A stretch of DNA of 64,000 bases from Leucoraja erinacea (lineage: Eukaryota), in the NCBI RefSeq assembly GCF_028641065.1, contig NC_073391.1:45508001-45572000 (forward strand), given 5' to 3'. The translations under genes and the position numbers were made by a program. Every line of letters starts with the position of its first letter. Positions within the stretch are counted from its first letter, which is position 1. This document shows positions 1-12,447 of the stretch, piece after piece. The notes under the pieces were generated by a model. That model worked only from the letters and a program-made list of their open reading frames with translations, did not search any database and had not been told where the DNA came from.

Positions 1-2
1 GC

Positions 3-323
3 GGGAAGTGCTTCACCCGGTCGACCAACCTGATGGCCCACCAGAGGGTCCACACCGGGGAGAGACCGTTCACCTGTACCGAATGTGGCAAGGGCTTCAT
101 CTGGTCCTCCGACCTCCTCACCCACCAGCTGGTCCACACTGGCGAGAGGCCGTTCACCTGCTCCCAGTGCGGGAAGGGATTCATCCGCTCCTCCCACCTG
201 CTGAGGCACCAACAGATCCACACCGGGAAGCGGCCGTTCTCCTGCTCCGAATGCGGCAGACGCTTCAGCCGCTCGTCCAACCTACTGAGGCATCGACATG
301 TTCACGACGGGGAGAAAGTTTAA
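3..323 (+). CDS. C2H2 zinc-finger gene ZNF-1, 3' end (5'-truncated by window edge); one partial plus 3 complete fingers
   Basis: Repeated CxxC-x12-HxxxH with TGERPF linkers; TAA at 321-323; AATAAA at 580-585. Confidence 0.9.
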   Translation, partial: GKCFTRSTNLMAHQRVHTGERPFTCTECGKGFIWSSDLLTHQLVHTGERPFTCSQCGKGFIRSSHLLRHQQIHTGKRPFSCSECGRRFSRSSNLLRHRHVHDGEKV

Positions 324-867
324 ACGTACACAATATTGAAGACTTGCTGCTGCTGACGTACCCGCGAGCTCATGGCTGAGAGAAATTTTCAACACAAGCA
401 GTGAACTGCGGTAAAGAGAGGGTTCACAAGCAACTGAGGGTGTTGCACTCTGCGGTTTCTGCTGATGTTCATCACTGGGCACAGTTACGGTCTGTTTTTG
501 CGGACATTACTCACGCCGAAAACTGGGCTGAACTTTAGCCGAAAACTGGGCTGAACTTTAATATTCAGAGCCTGTGAGAAATAAATCAGCTTTGCTTTAA
601 ACACTGTGTCAAGAGTCAAGTCGAGAATGTTTTATTGCCATGTCTTGAAACAGAACAACGAATCTCCTCCCAGACACAGAACAACTTAAAGCAGTACAAG
701 AGTTATGAATACAGAGTACTGTGTAAACCACAATAAACAGCAAAAATATGTGTACTATAACTCGTCCCTCAACTCCATCCAGGGAACCTGGCAGTCCTTT
801 CAGGTGAGGTAGAGGTTCACTTATTTGATGTAAACGAACATCTAGTTTCTTCCTACACAACAAAAGT

Positions 868-1070
868 NNNNNNNNNNNNNNNNNNNNNNNNNNNNNNNNN
901 NNNNNNNNNNNNNNNNNNNNNNNNNNNNNNNNNNNNNNNNNNNNNNNNNNNNNNNNNNNNNNNNNNNNNNNNNNNNNNNNNNNNNNNNNNNNNNNNNNNN
1001 NNNNNNNNNNNNNNNNNNNNNNNNNNNNNNNNNNNNNNNNNNNNNNNNNNNNNNNNNNNNNNNNNNNNNN
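868..1070. other. Assembly gap (N run)
   Basis: 203 N bases. Confidence 0.99.
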
Positions 1071-1099
1071 ATAACACTTCAAAGCCAAGGCGGTCTGAG

Positions 1100-2035
1100 C
1101 ACGTCTTCAGCAAAACATGTAATGGGATCCCACCGCTAGTCATATCTTCTCATCGCCACCCGTTCCTGCTTTCCACTCATTGGGTTCACGTATCCCTTCC
1201 CACCCAAACCATCCCCTCCCCAGGTAGTTTCTCATGCTACTGCAGGAGATGTAACATCTGTCCCTATTCTTCCACCCTCAACACCATCCTCAGACTCCAA
1301 TGTCTCTCCAAAGGCAGAGGTTCACTTGCATCTCCTCCAATCTTACCTACCATATCTGTTGTTTTTGGTGTGGGCTCCTATATATGAGGGAGACCAAGCG
1401 TAAACTGGGTGATCATTTCACTGAACATTTATGCTCAGTCTGCCTTGGCCTACGCTATCTCCAAACATTGTAACCCATTCCTGTTCCCATACTGACCTTT
1501 ATTCAAATCGTTTGCTATGTCGCTCTTCAAGGGAGATGCTAAATGCATTTCGTTGTCTCTGTACTGTACACTGACAATGACAATTAAAATTGAATCTGAA
1601 TCTGAATCTGAATCTGTCCTGTGCCTCCTCCACTGTCAGAGTGAGGCTAAATGCAAATTAGAGGAACGGGACCTCATATTTCGCTTGGGCAGCTTACAGC
1701 CCTGCGGTATAAACGTTGATTTCTCTAATTTCGTAACCCCCTGCATTCCTTCTCTCTTAACCCCCTCCCCCACCCTCGTGATCCTACGAGTTCCTCTGTT
1801 TGCATCATTGTACTCACCTTCCCCAACCAACACTGGGGCCAATATGGGCTTCACCTTTCCTTGGTTATCGGTTGCCGACCTTGATTTGTTCTTGCTTTTA
1901 TCTACCTCCAGTTTCCTCCCATTTACTTTCAGTCTGAAAAAGGCTTCTGACCGGAAACGTCACCCATCCTTTTACTCCAGCAATGCTGCCTGACCCGCTG
2001 AGTTACTTTTGTAAACCAGCATCTGCAGTTCCTGG
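1100..2035 (+). mobile_element. Decayed Penelope-like retroelement 3' part (GIY-YIG endonuclease remnant plus terminal repeat), interrupted by a LINE tail at ~1500-1616
   Basis: KLEERDLIFRLGSLQPCGINVDFSNF is homologous to the 8236-8682 ORF; (AATCTG)n tail at ~1592-1616; degenerate CTGAAAAAGG..CCGGAAACGTC at ~1934-1961. Confidence 0.75.
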
Positions 2036-2149
2036 TGTGTCTAACTGTCACCATATGCATATTACTCCCTCCCCACTGCCATGTCAACCCCCTAATCCCC
2101 GTAATTACAGGGCGTAATTGCGAACAGGGGCCAAAGTCCCAGGAGAGGG

Positions 2150-2300
2150 CTGAATCAATGGAGGCTTCTTTACCCACAATCCTCCCGCGCCTGGAATATG
2201 TTCTATGCCCGCCGTGCTAACGCCGCGCATGCGTCGCCTTGGGGTCTGCAATGCATCCTGGACTAGGCTGGAGGACAAAGTCGGAGATTGGTGCCGGAGG
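2150..2300 (+). promoter_or_regulatory. CpG-rich promoter of degenerate ZNF-2
   Basis: ATGG-N9-TACCCACAATCC at 2158-2182; NRF1-like GCGCATGCG at ~2225; second SBS-like GCAATGCATCCTGG at ~2248. Confidence 0.6.
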
Positions 2301-2303
2301 ACT

Positions 2304-2606
2304 GGAGCCCGGGGTCCCGGCAGCGGCGTCTCCTGCAACCGGGGTATGGAGCCCGGAGTCCCGGTAGCTGCGCTTCATGCAACCGGGGTATGGAGCCCGG
2401 AATCCCGGTAGCTGCGCTTCATGCAACCGGGGTTTGGAGCCCGGGGTCCCGGTAGCTGCGCTTCATGCAACCGGGGTTTGGAGCCCGGAGTCCCGGTAGC
2501 TGCGCTTCATGCAACCGGGGTTTGGAGCCCGGGGTCCCGGTAGCTGCGCTTCATGCAACCGGGGTTTGGAGCCCGGGGTCCCGGCAGCGGCGTCTCCTAC
2601 AACCGG
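2304..2606. repeat. 44-bp GC-rich minisatellite, ~7 units
   Basis: GGAGCCCGG unit starts at 2304, 2348, 2392, 2436, 2480, 2524, 2568. Confidence 0.95.
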
Positions 2607-2729
2607 TTAATCGCTCTGCAGCTCCTGGGTGTAGATTTAACCCATACATTATCCTCAACCGAACTGTCGGGAGTCTCCATCAGGCCGAGGAAGTTCCCCG
2701 ATTAACCTCCCGATCAGAGCTCTCGCCTC

Positions 2730-2905
2730 GAACCCGTCCCCATGTTCTGACTGCGGCAAAGTTCAACGGATCGAGCGATTTAATGAAACACCAACGGGTC
2801 CACTCCGAGGAGAGGCCGTTTACCTGCCCCCAATGCGGGAAGGGCTTCGCTCAGTCCTCCTCCACGTTGAAACACCAGCGTGTTCACGCTGGGCTCAGAG
2901 GTTAA
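2730..2905 (+). pseudogene. Two-finger C2H2 ZNF remnant (ZNF-2) with a frameshift in finger 1
   Basis: TGT TCT GAC TGC GGC AAA G TTC AAC..: CSDCGK is out of frame with [14 protein letters not shown]; second finger CPQC..HQRVH intact; AATAAA 2959-2964. Confidence 0.75.
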
Positions 2906-3823
2906 GTTTGTTGGATGTGGACAATTTACACACTACACTCGTTTTCGCACCAGGCTACAATAAAGCAGAACTGAACTTGGTTATTGTTCTAAAGTTGCAA
3001 GTTCTACAGGTTAGTTTATTATTATCACGTCTACCGAGGTAGAATAAATAGCTGTTTTGTTGCGCGCTATCTACGCAGTGGAAAGACTACATATGATTAC
3101 AATCAAGCCGTCCTCAGTTTAAAGATATAGGATAAAGGGATTGACTTTTAGAGCAAGATAAAGTGCATTTAAATGAGATAGATGGGCGGTCAGGACTGCA
3201 CTCAACCTGATGAGAGGACAGTTCCGTTGCCTGATAGCTCCTAAATCTGGAGGTATGTGTTTTCAAACTTCTGTACCTCTTGCCTAATGGGAGAGAGGAG
3301 AAGAAGATGGCTGAGACTGTCCTTGATTATGGCCTGTGCTGGCTGTCCTCTGGTCCCACATTCTCACCCATTCCCTGCACACCAGGGCCAATTAATCTAC
3401 AAACCCACATATCTTTGGGATGTAGGAGGAAACAGGAGCACTCGGGGGAAACCCATGAGGGTCACAAGGATATCATGCAAACCCCACACACACATACACA
3501 GCACCCGAGGTCAGGATCAAACCTGGGTCTCTGGCGCCATGAGGCAGCAACTCTACCAGTTCTCTCCTGACATCATCTGAGTGAGGGCTACATGTATATA
3601 TGTATGTAGCTTGTTTTGTTGTGCTATTCTTATAACAAATGTAAAGCACTTTGGCCAACGAGAGTTATTTTTTAAATGTGCTATATAAATAAATGTGACT
3701 TGCTGCACTGATGCAAAGAGAAGGAAATTTGAGAATAGTTTAATGAGTTCAGTTGGAAAAAAGCAGCACACAACAGAAACACTGGCGGCATTCAATGGGC
3801 TGAATGGCCTTGATTATCCAGTG

Positions 3824-3979
3824 TAGACGAAAATGCTGGAGAAACTCAGCAGGTAAGGCAGCATCTATGAAGAGAAGGAATGGCAATGTTTAGGGTTGAG
3901 ACCCTTATTCAGACTGATGTCGGTGGGAGGGGGCGGGAAAAAGAAAGGAAGAGGCAGAGAGAGTAGGCTTGTGGGAGAG
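3824..3979 (-). mobile_element. Short Penelope-derived insert with 15-bp TSD
   Basis: CTTGATTATCCAGTG at 3809-3823 and 3980-3994. Confidence 0.75.
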
Positions 3980-4994
3980 CTTGATTATCCAGTGAATTAC
4001 TCTGCATCACTCGAAGGCATCTACAACAGTCGCCGCCACAAGAAGGCAGCCAGCATCATCGGAGACCCACACCACCCTGGTCAGGCTCTCATTTCACTCC
4101 AGCCAGCGTGAAGAATGAGCCTGTTTCTTCCCTACAACCATCAGGCTATTAAACTCTACAACCCCCAAATATGCTCCAAAATATATAGATTTGGGGTCAT
4201 TATTTTTGACTTTGCATTATTATTCCCTTTCTTGTGTATCTGTACACTGGAGGGCTTGAGTGTGATCATATATAGTCATTACTTTAGACTTCAGAGACAC
4301 AGCATGGAATTAAGCCCTTCGGACGAGCGATCGCTCCGTACACGGGCACTATCCTACACAATACTGACTATTTACAGAAGCCGATTAACATAGAAAACAT
4401 AGAAAATAGTGCAGGAGGAGGCCATTCGGCCCTTCGAGCCAGCAAACCTACAAACTTTCACGTTTTTGGAGGGTGGGAGAAAACCGGAGCACCCGGAGAA
4501 AATCCACTTTGTTACAGGGAGAATGTATAAACTCCATAGTCTTACTGCTGACTGGTTAGCATGCAACAAAAGCCTTTCATTGTACCTCGGTACACTATTT
4601 ATTTGATGTGTTGTTATATATAATGAAGGATTTTTGTCATCTATTGTGGGTTTAACAGAGTATTCTGTCTACCTATCTGTTGTGCTGCTGCAAGTACGAA
4701 TTTCATTGTTCTGTTTCAGAATTTATGCCAATAAAACACTCTTGACCCCTTTGACTCTTGACACTTTTCCTTGCATTAATTAAAGACTTGAGGCTCAGTG
4801 TTTCAACCATAAAAGATTTATATGTGACAGATGCAGAACATTAAACTCCAGCCCAGTTACAGGGGCGATTAATATCAGCATAAACAGACCCCGACTGTGC
4901 CCAGTGACCAAGAATCAGTCCTGGGTGTGATGAACAGAGGCAGTAATGGCAGAATCAAACACTGGCAGTCATTCACTGGTGTCTCGGCTAATGG

Positions 4995-5789
4995 TTAAAC
5001 ATTCCCTTCAGCGTGCACTCGTCTGTGTCTCAGTAGATGGGAGGACCGGGTGAACTCTCTCCCGCATTCGCCGCAGGTGAACGGCCTCTCCCCGGTGTGG
5101 ACCCGCTGGTGCCTCAGCAGGTTGGACGACTGGGTGAAGCCCTTGCCGCACTCGGTGCAGGTGAACGGCCTCTCCCCGGTGTGGATCCGCTGGTGTATGA
5201 TCAGGTCCGACGAGCGGGTGAATCCCTTCCCGCACTCGGAGCAGGTGAACGGCCTCTCCCCGGTGTGGATGTGCTGGTGCGTCAGCAGGTTGGACGACTG
5301 GGTGAAGCCCTTCCCGCACTCGGTGCAGATGAACAGTTTTTCACCAGTGTGGACCCGCTGGTGGGTCAGCAGGTTGGCCGACCGGCTGAAGCCCTTCCCG
5401 CAGTCGGTGCAGATGAAGGGTCCCTCCTCAGTGTGGACCTGCTGGTGCCTCATCAGGCTGGAGGAGCGAGTGAATCCCCTCCCGCACTCAAAACAGGTGA
5501 AGGGTCTCTCCCCGGTGTGGACCAGCTGGTGCCTCATCAGGCTGGAGGAGCGGGTGAAGCCCCTCCCGCATTCGGTGCAGGTGTACGGCCTCTCCCCGGT
5601 GTGGACCTCCTGGTGCCTCATCAGGCTGGATGACCGAGTGAATTCCTGCCCACATTGCGGGCAGATGAAGGGGGTCTCCGCAGAGTGATATCGCTGGTGT
5701 TTCACCAGACCGGACGACTGAGCGAACCCCTTCCCACACACGGTGCAGGTAAACGGCCTCTCCACAGCGTGGACTTGCTTACGTCTCAT
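4995..5789 (-). CDS. C2H2 zinc-finger protein ZNF-3, 9 fingers, no effector domain
   Basis: 264-aa ORF of tandem fingers ending HAEGNV*; candidate acceptor TTTCCCTAG| at ~5986; candidate donor CAG|GTAGG at 7718. Confidence 0.9.
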   Translation of the reverse strand: MRRKQVHAVERPFTCTVCGKGFAQSSGLVKHQRYHSAETPFICPQCGQEFTRSSSLMRHQEVHTGERPYTCTECGRGFTRSSSLMRHQLVHTGERPFTCFECGRGFTRSSSLMRHQQVHTEEGPFICTDCGKGFSRSANLLTHQRVHTGEKLFICTECGKGFTQSSNLLTHQHIHTGERPFTCSECGKGFTRSSDLIIHQRIHTGERPFTCTECGKGFTQSSNLLRHQRVHTGERPFTCGECGREFTRSSHLLRHRRVHAEGNV

Positions 5790-7049
5790 CGAGCCGCTGG
5801 CGTGTTCTCACGGTGTTGGGTTATTGACGCCGGGACAATGTCGCTGTCACAGGAGAAGAAATCAGAGAATCTCCTCCCACACACAGAACAGGTAAAAATC
5901 CCTCCCGACCATGATCCACCGATTTCAATCTGGAGAGGAAATTTATTCCGACGTTCGACAACCAGGACTCATGTATTTCTTTGACCTAGGGAAATACAGT
6001 ATACCCTTGTCATGATGGACTACTCAGGGAGTGAATGGTGTCCGTTACTATCAGCTATAACCAGGTATGGAATTTGCTCCAACCACCTCGCGGTGAATTA
6101 ATTAGTTATTTTAAATAAGTTTTTTTTAACAGCCAAAAATGTATTTTTGTTACATAAAAATACTAAAGGCTGTTTGTTACATTGTTGAATAGAGTCAAGT
6201 GTTGGGATTGCTTGTCAATTCTTTCTTCATTTCAATGTCTTGTCAATTTCAATACTTTGTCAATGTCAATAGCCTCCTCAGTGTAAGTCTGTGTTCTTAA
6301 AGAGACAGTCCGCTATAACTGAAATCCGTTGCAAAGAGGTCTGTAAAGATGAGGGTTTACTGCATATGCCTACTCCTTCTGAACTTTGGATTAATGTTAA
6401 CACTTTGCTTCTCTCCACCTTGATTCATCCAATACATTCCCTCACTGGCGATAACAAGGAACTACAGATGCTAGTTCATACCAAAGAAAGACATAAAGTT
6501 CTGTAGTAACTCAGCGGGTCAGGCAGCATTCCCGGAGAACGTGGATAGGTGACGTTTCAGGTCGGGACCCTTCTTCAGTCACTCTCTCACTTAGTTGGTT
6601 AGTTTTCCTTTCTGGGCTCCGTTCAGGAAGCCATCTCTGCTGCGTAACTGGGTCAAAGCTCTTTCCAGTCGTAGATTCACGTAGTGGTTGTGACTCTAGC
6701 TGCTCTGTGTATGGTTTGTGTTATAAACGGGTTGTGAACATATCAGTGCCATCCTGGTCAACCACAGTTTGCAGTCTTCTCCCAAACATGAAATGGACAA
6801 GTGGCTCCCACTCCTTCATAGATCAATGACATTCAGTTGCTGGAGAATTACCTGACACCGCTGATCTGACAAGATGATAGGTTTGATAATCCCATACATA
6901 AACACGCTGCTTATAATATCTGCAAAATACATTTAAAATACATATATAAAATTGCACAGTAATTTGGAATAAATAATCTCCATCTTGATGGTGGGCTGTG
7001 TGTTAGTAGATTGTACTCACTCTCATCAGGAGCTTCCGTCCAGTTACAG

Positions 7050-7300
7050 ATAAACTTTAGAGATACAGCGTGGAAACAGGCCCTTCAGCCCACCGATACT
7101 GTGCTGACCAGCGATCACCCCGTACACTAGCACTATCCTACACGTCTTTAGCGTGAGAGAAAACCAGAGCACCCAGTGAAAACCCAAGCAGTCACAGGGA
7201 GAAGGTACAAACTCTGTAGACAGCATCCGTAGTCAGGATCGAATCCTGGTCTCTGGCATGGTGAGGCAGTAACTTTATCGCTGCGCCACCATGCTGCCCC
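7050..7300 (-). mobile_element. tRNA-derived V-SINE/HE1-like SINE
   Basis: Minus-strand head GGTGGCGCAGCGAT..; core GCTGTCTACAGAGTTTGTACCTTCTCCC; homologous to the 35648 copy. Confidence 0.7.
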
Positions 7301-7424
7301 TGATTAACTTTCCAACAGTATTGATCGCAACTGTTGCTAGAAGTGTCCCAGACCCGAAACATTCCTTATTTATGTTCTCCAGAGTTGCTGCCTAACCTTT
7401 TTTTTGCAGCCACAAGTCCCCAGG

Positions 7425-7875
7425 GTTGGTAATCAATGGCCGCTTTATTACCCACAATCCGCATCGCGCCTGCAACCGCTCTGCGAGTGACAGCTGCACG
7501 CAGACGCGCCTGCGCGGCCCGGGGCCCGCAATGCATCATAGGCCGCACTGGCGAGACAAAGCGGGGGGATCCCCGGGGTCACGGGTGCGGATCGCGGCGG
7601 GCGGACGGGCAGATAAACTGGCATCCACCACTCCGTTTATCCAAACCTCGCACGGACCGGCGCCGGTCGGATGGGTCCGGTGCTGATGAACGCTGCGCGC
7701 CGGCGCTCAGTTCCTACCTGCCGCCGACCTTCCGGAAGTGCCGATGTCAGAGGCGGTTGCTGCGCATGCTTCCGACGTCACTTCCGATATGTGGTCTCGA
7801 AACCTGCGTCCTCCTCCATCTATAGGGCGTATTCCAGGGCGCCGGCATTCTGGGTAACAACCACCGCCATGCATA
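7425..7875 (-). promoter_or_regulatory. CpG island, promoter and non-coding exon 1 of ZNF-3
   Basis: CTTCCGGAAGTG (ETS) ~7729; TGCGCATGC (NRF1-like) 7761; ACGTCACTTCCG (ETS-CRE composite) ~7775; composite ATGG/SBS elements at 7436(+) and 7870(-). Confidence 0.75.
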
Positions 7876-8149
7876 CGGTCAGACAACCCATGTGTCAAGA
7901 ACTGCAGATGATGGTTAATACACAAAGTGCTGGAGTAACTCAGCAGGTCAGGCAGCATCTCTGGAGAATGTGGATAGGTGACGCTGCCTGACCTGCTGAG
8001 TTACTCCAGCACTTTGTGCCGGTGCACTCCACCGACCTCTTGAACAAAACAATCTGGGATTCGATTAACGTTTTGAGATTTACTGTGACTGAACAGCCCT
8101 CGGTGTAAGAGTTTTTTCTTTCTGATCGTTGAACAAAGGACACATAAAC

Positions 8150-8880
8150 GTGATCCCACCACTTGCCACATCTTCCCATCTCCTCCCCTGTCTGCTTTCC
8201 GCAGAGACCTCTCCCTCCGTAACTCCCGGGTCAATTTGCCGCTTCCCACCCGAACCACCCCCTCTCCGGGCGCCTTCCCTTGCAACCGCAGGAAATGCTA
8301 CACTTGCCGCATTACCCCTCCCCCACTCCATTCAAGGACCGAAGCAGTCTTTCCAGGTGCGGCAGAGGTTCACCTGCACCTCCTCAAACCTCATTATTGC
8401 ATCCGCTGCTCTAGATGTCAACTGCTCTACATCGGTGAGACCAAGCATAGGCTTCGCGATCGCTTCGCCGAATACCTCCGCTCGGTTCGCAATAACCAAG
8501 CTGATCTCCCGGTGGCTCAGCACTTCAACTCCCCCTCCCATTCCAAATCCGACCTTTCTGCCCTGGGCTTCCTCCATGGCCAGAGTGCGGACCACCGTAA
8601 ATTGGAGGAGCAGCACCTCATATTTTGTTTGGGCAGTTTGCACCCCAGCGGAATGAAAATTGACTTCTCTAATTTCAGATAGTCCCTACTTTCTCCTCCC
8701 CTTCTCAGCTCACAGGCGCCACTTCTTCCTTTCTTCTTCCTTTCTTCTTCCCGTGTCCCTCCCCCCCATCCTCAGCATCAGTCTGAAGATTGGTTTTGAG
8801 CCGAAACGTTGCCTATTTCCTTCGCCCCAAAGATGCTGCCTCACCCGCTAAGTTTCTACAGCATTTTCGTCTACCTTGTG
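8150..8880 (+). mobile_element. Penelope-like retroelement 3' fragment with GIY-YIG endonuclease
   Basis: CIRCSRCQLLYIGETKHRLRDRFAEYLRSVR..PVAQHFN..KLEEQHLIFCLGSLHPSG; followed by CTGAAGA..GAAACGTT terminal repeat at ~8783-8810. Confidence 0.85.
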
Positions 8881-8974
8881 TCTTTTCTTCTTTCTTATCC
8901 AGGCTCATTCACCCCCGTAGGAGACAGAACCCGTGGCCGGATTTTGCAAAGGGAAACACTGAAAACTTATTTAG

Positions 8975-9220
8975 TTAAGTGTAGAGATACAGGGCGGAAA
9001 CAGGCCTTTCAGTCCACCGATTCCGCACCGACCAGCGATCCCGCACACACTAGGGACAATTTACGTATTTGGTGTGTGGGAGGAAACCGAAGATCTCGGA
9101 GAAAATCTACGCAGTCTCGGAAAGAACAGAAATCACCCGTAGTCGGGATCTAACCCGGTTCCCTGGTGCTGCAAGCATATAAGGCAGCAACTCTGCCACT
9201 GCGCCAGTGTGCCGCCCTGT
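8975..9220 (-). mobile_element. V-SINE/HE1-like SINE
   Basis: Same core as the other SINE copies (GGAGGAAACCGAAGATCTCGGAG on +). Confidence 0.7.
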
Positions 9221-10819
9221 GGTGTCTGATGAGGATGATGTCCGCTTCTGGTGGTGTCTTTCTAACAGTCCGCTGGACCTGCTTTCATCTTTCGGATACC
9301 CAAGGCCTTTGAAATAATCTTTCCCAATCTGTCATCACTTTAAAACGTCACATTTTCTGAGGTGTATTGACGTGGATGAGTTTGTTTTTCTCACCCACTC
9401 GCCCGGCTTGCTTGCACCCTATTGAATCCCCGTTAGATTCTGCCATTTGATGCCTCATTACACCGCCGGTTCGATCCTGACCACGGGTGCTGTCTGTATG
9501 GAGTTTGTATGCGTCCAGTTGCTTTACGTCGGGATTTGAATTGGATTGCAAACCAATTCAGACCAAACCAATAACAGACCATTGGGGGGGATGGTGTACG
9601 TTTTTACTGATGATCCACAGTAACCAAGTAAGGGGTTTGCTCCAAACACCTAGTGGTCACTGAGACAACTGGTTGTTTTCAAATACATAGATCTTTTTAA
9701 GTTAAATATACTAAAAGCTGTTTGCTACATTGTTTAAGAGATTTAAGTGCAGATCCAAGCGACACCGCGTTATAGTCATAGAGTGATACAGTGTGGAAAT
9801 GGGCCCTTCTTACCCACACCGACCAACATGTCCCAGCTACACTAATCCCACCTGCCTGAACTTGGTCCATATCCCTCCAAACCGGTCCTATCCATGTACC
9901 TGTCTAACTGTTTCTTAAATGTTGGGATAGTCCCAGCCTCAACCACCTCCTATGGCAGCTTGTTCCATACACCCACCACCCTTTGTGTGAAAAAGTTACC
10001 CCTCATATTCCTATTAAATCTTTTCCCCTTCACCTATATCAATTCCTTGTCAATTTCTATGCCTCGTCAGTATCAATGCCTCGTGAATATCTATCCTTGT
10101 CAATGTCAATGCCTTGTCAATATCAATTCCTCGTTAATTTCAATGGCCTCCGCAGTGTAACCAGCAGCCTGCGTTCTTCATCAGACAGTCCGTCGTAAGC
10201 AAAATCCATTTAAGAAATGTCTGTATTAACGAGCGGTTACCCTAAATAACAATTAAATATTCTAATGATCAACAAAATCAGTAAATCTGTTTCAGCTGCA
10301 GCATTAACAAGGCAGCAACAACCAAAAAAAAAAAATCAAAGCATTTATTCTGCTCAAATCCCTGACGTTTTATAGAATAACGGTGAGCTTATCTCTGGCC
10401 GCAATGTACCAGACGGAAACAAAGACCCTGCTCCGTCCCAGAGACGTGCTCAGTGCTGGAAGGTTGTGGTGGAGGCTGGAACACAGCAAGAGGAGGCACC
10501 GAGGCTGGGGAAGTTGGTTGGAAGGTGGGCTCTATTGTGATCAGTCAGTGCATTGTCAGCTGCCGCAGACAATCAACAGTGGAATATGTTAGGTCGTCAA
10601 TACAATGTGGCCTAGTAACTGCAGAGTCGAGACATAATGAGAATAATCCTGGAGATGAGTGGGTATTTGTTTGAAGAGTGTGTAAGAAGGAACTGCAGAT
10701 GCTGGTTTAAACCGAAGATAGACACAAAAAGCTGGAGTAACTCTGGGACAGGCAGCATCTCTGGAGAGAAGGAATGGGTGCTGTTTCAGGTCGAGACCCT
10801 TACTTCAGACTGGTTAGGG

Positions 10820-11550
10820 ATAGGTTTTGAAGAGCGCTTGATGGCTTTGGGCTTGTACTTGCTAGAGTTTGGAAAGATGAGGGGGTGATCTCAATGAAAC
10901 CCACCAAATAATAAAGAACCTAGATAGAGTGGATGTGAAGAGAATGTTTCCAGTGGTGGAGGAGTTTATTTTGTTTTGAGATACTGCGTGGAAGGCTCTT
11001 CAGCCAAAGGAGTCCATGCCTTTAATCGCCCGTCCACACTAGTACGTTATTCCATTTTCTCATTCACTCTCTATGCACTCAGAGCAATTTACAGAAGCCA
11101 AATAACCTACAAACTGGCAGGTCTTTGGAATGTGGGAGGAAACCTGCAGGAAACCCAGCCTGTGGCTGGGAGAACGTGCAAACTCAATACCGCTAGTCAG
11201 GATCGTACAAATGTCTCTGGTACTGTGAGGCAGCAGCTCTACCGGTTGTGCCACTGATCTAAGACCAGAGGGCACACTCAGAAGAAAAAGACCTGCCTTT
11301 GGAATGGAGATGAGGAGGAATTTCTTTAGCCAGAGGGTATTGAATCTGTGGAATTGATTGGGTATCTTGAAACCGGATATTGAAGGTTATTGATTACTAA
11401 GGGCATCAAGGGTTATGGGGAGAAGGCGGGAGAAGGGGGTTGAAAGGGAAAATGGATCAGCCAAGATTGAATGTCGGAGCAGACTTGAAGGGACTAAGGA
11501 AGGTGACCAATGGGCAGACTGGCCTAAATCTGCTCATATTTCCTATGGAC
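10820..11550 (+). mobile_element. CR1 LINE 3' fragment with a nested SINE (~10975-11255), in the ZNF-4 3'UTR region
   Basis: CR1-like RLMALGLYLLEF; TTCTTTAGCCAGAGGGTATTGAATCTGTGGAAT. Confidence 0.65.
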
Positions 11551-11571
11551 ACTGGCCATCTGAAGCGGAGT

Positions 11572-12447
11572 TTAAATGTTCCCAGCACTTTGTGTTAACA
11601 TGTGCTCCCTGTTGTGAATCAGCTGGTGCATGAGTCGGTCGGAAGACTGGGAAAACGCCTTCCCGCATTCGGAGCAGGTGAAGGGCTTTTCCCCGGTGTG
11701 GACCCGCTGGTGCCTCCTCAGGCTGGAGGACCACGCAAATCTCTTGCCGCACTTGGCACAGATGAATGGCTTCTCCCCGGTGTGGATGCGCTGGTGGGCC
11801 ACCAGGTGGGATGACTGGTCGAACCCGTTGCCACACTCTGGGCAGATGAACTGCCTGTGGCCGGTGTGGACTCGCAGGTGAGCCGCCAGCCGGGACGACT
11901 GAGAGAACCGCTTTGCACACTCGGGGCAGGCGAACAGCCTCTCGCTGGCGTGGATCAGCCGGTGCGTGATGAGGCTGGAAGAGCGGGTGAACCGCTTCCC
12001 ACACTCGGAGCAGGTGAACGGCCTCTCCCCAGTGTGGACCTGCTGGTGCGTCTGCAAGGACGATGACCGACTGAACCTCCTCCCGCACTCGGAGCAGGTG
12101 AACGGCCTCTCCCCAGTGTGGACCCGCTGGTGCCTCAACAGGCTGGATGACTCAGTGAATCCCTTCCCGCAGTCGGGGCAGGTGAACGGCCTCTCCCCAG
12201 TGTGGACCCTCTGGTGGGTTAGCAAGGACGATGATCGACTGAACCTCTTCCCGCACTCGGAGCAGGTGAACAGTCTGTCCCCCCTGTGGACCCGCTGGTG
12301 CGTCAGCAGAGAGGACGACTGAGTAAACCCCTTCCCGCACTCGGAGCAGGTGAACGGCTTCTCCCCTGTGTGAACCCGCTTGTGTTTTATGAGATCACTT
12401 GATTGCTTGAAGTTCTTTCCACAGTCAGAACATGGGAACGGTTTCAT
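11572..12447 (-). CDS. C2H2 zinc-finger protein ZNF-4, 10 fingers
   Basis: First in-frame ATG (MKPFPCSDC) at 12447; tandem fingers with TGE(K/R)PF linkers. Confidence 0.9.
   Translation of the reverse strand: MKPFPCSDCGKNFKQSSDLIKHKRVHTGEKPFTCSECGKGFTQSSSLLTHQRVHRGDRLFTCSECGKRFSRSSSLLTHQRVHTGERPFTCPDCGKGFTESSSLLRHQRVHTGERPFTCSECGRRFSRSSSLQTHQQVHTGERPFTCSECGKRFTRSSSLITHRLIHASERLFACPECAKRFSQSSRLAAHLRVHTGHRQFICPECGNGFDQSSHLVAHQRIHTGEKPFICAKCGKRFAWSSSLRRHQRVHTGEKPFTCSECGKAFSQSSDRLMHQLIHNREHMLTQSAGNI

Noticed and set aside
609-1143. ORFs spanning the N run
   Set aside because: Artefacts of the assembly gap.
2304-2606. CRISPR-like repeat array
   Set aside because: Contiguous tandem units without unique spacers, no cas genes, vertebrate context.
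5008-5688. Long antisense and alternative-frame ORFs over ZNF exons (also 23046-23783, 39379-40359, 44959-45802)
   Set aside because: Shadow ORFs caused by the GC-rich 84-bp periodic finger codons; no independent gene signals.
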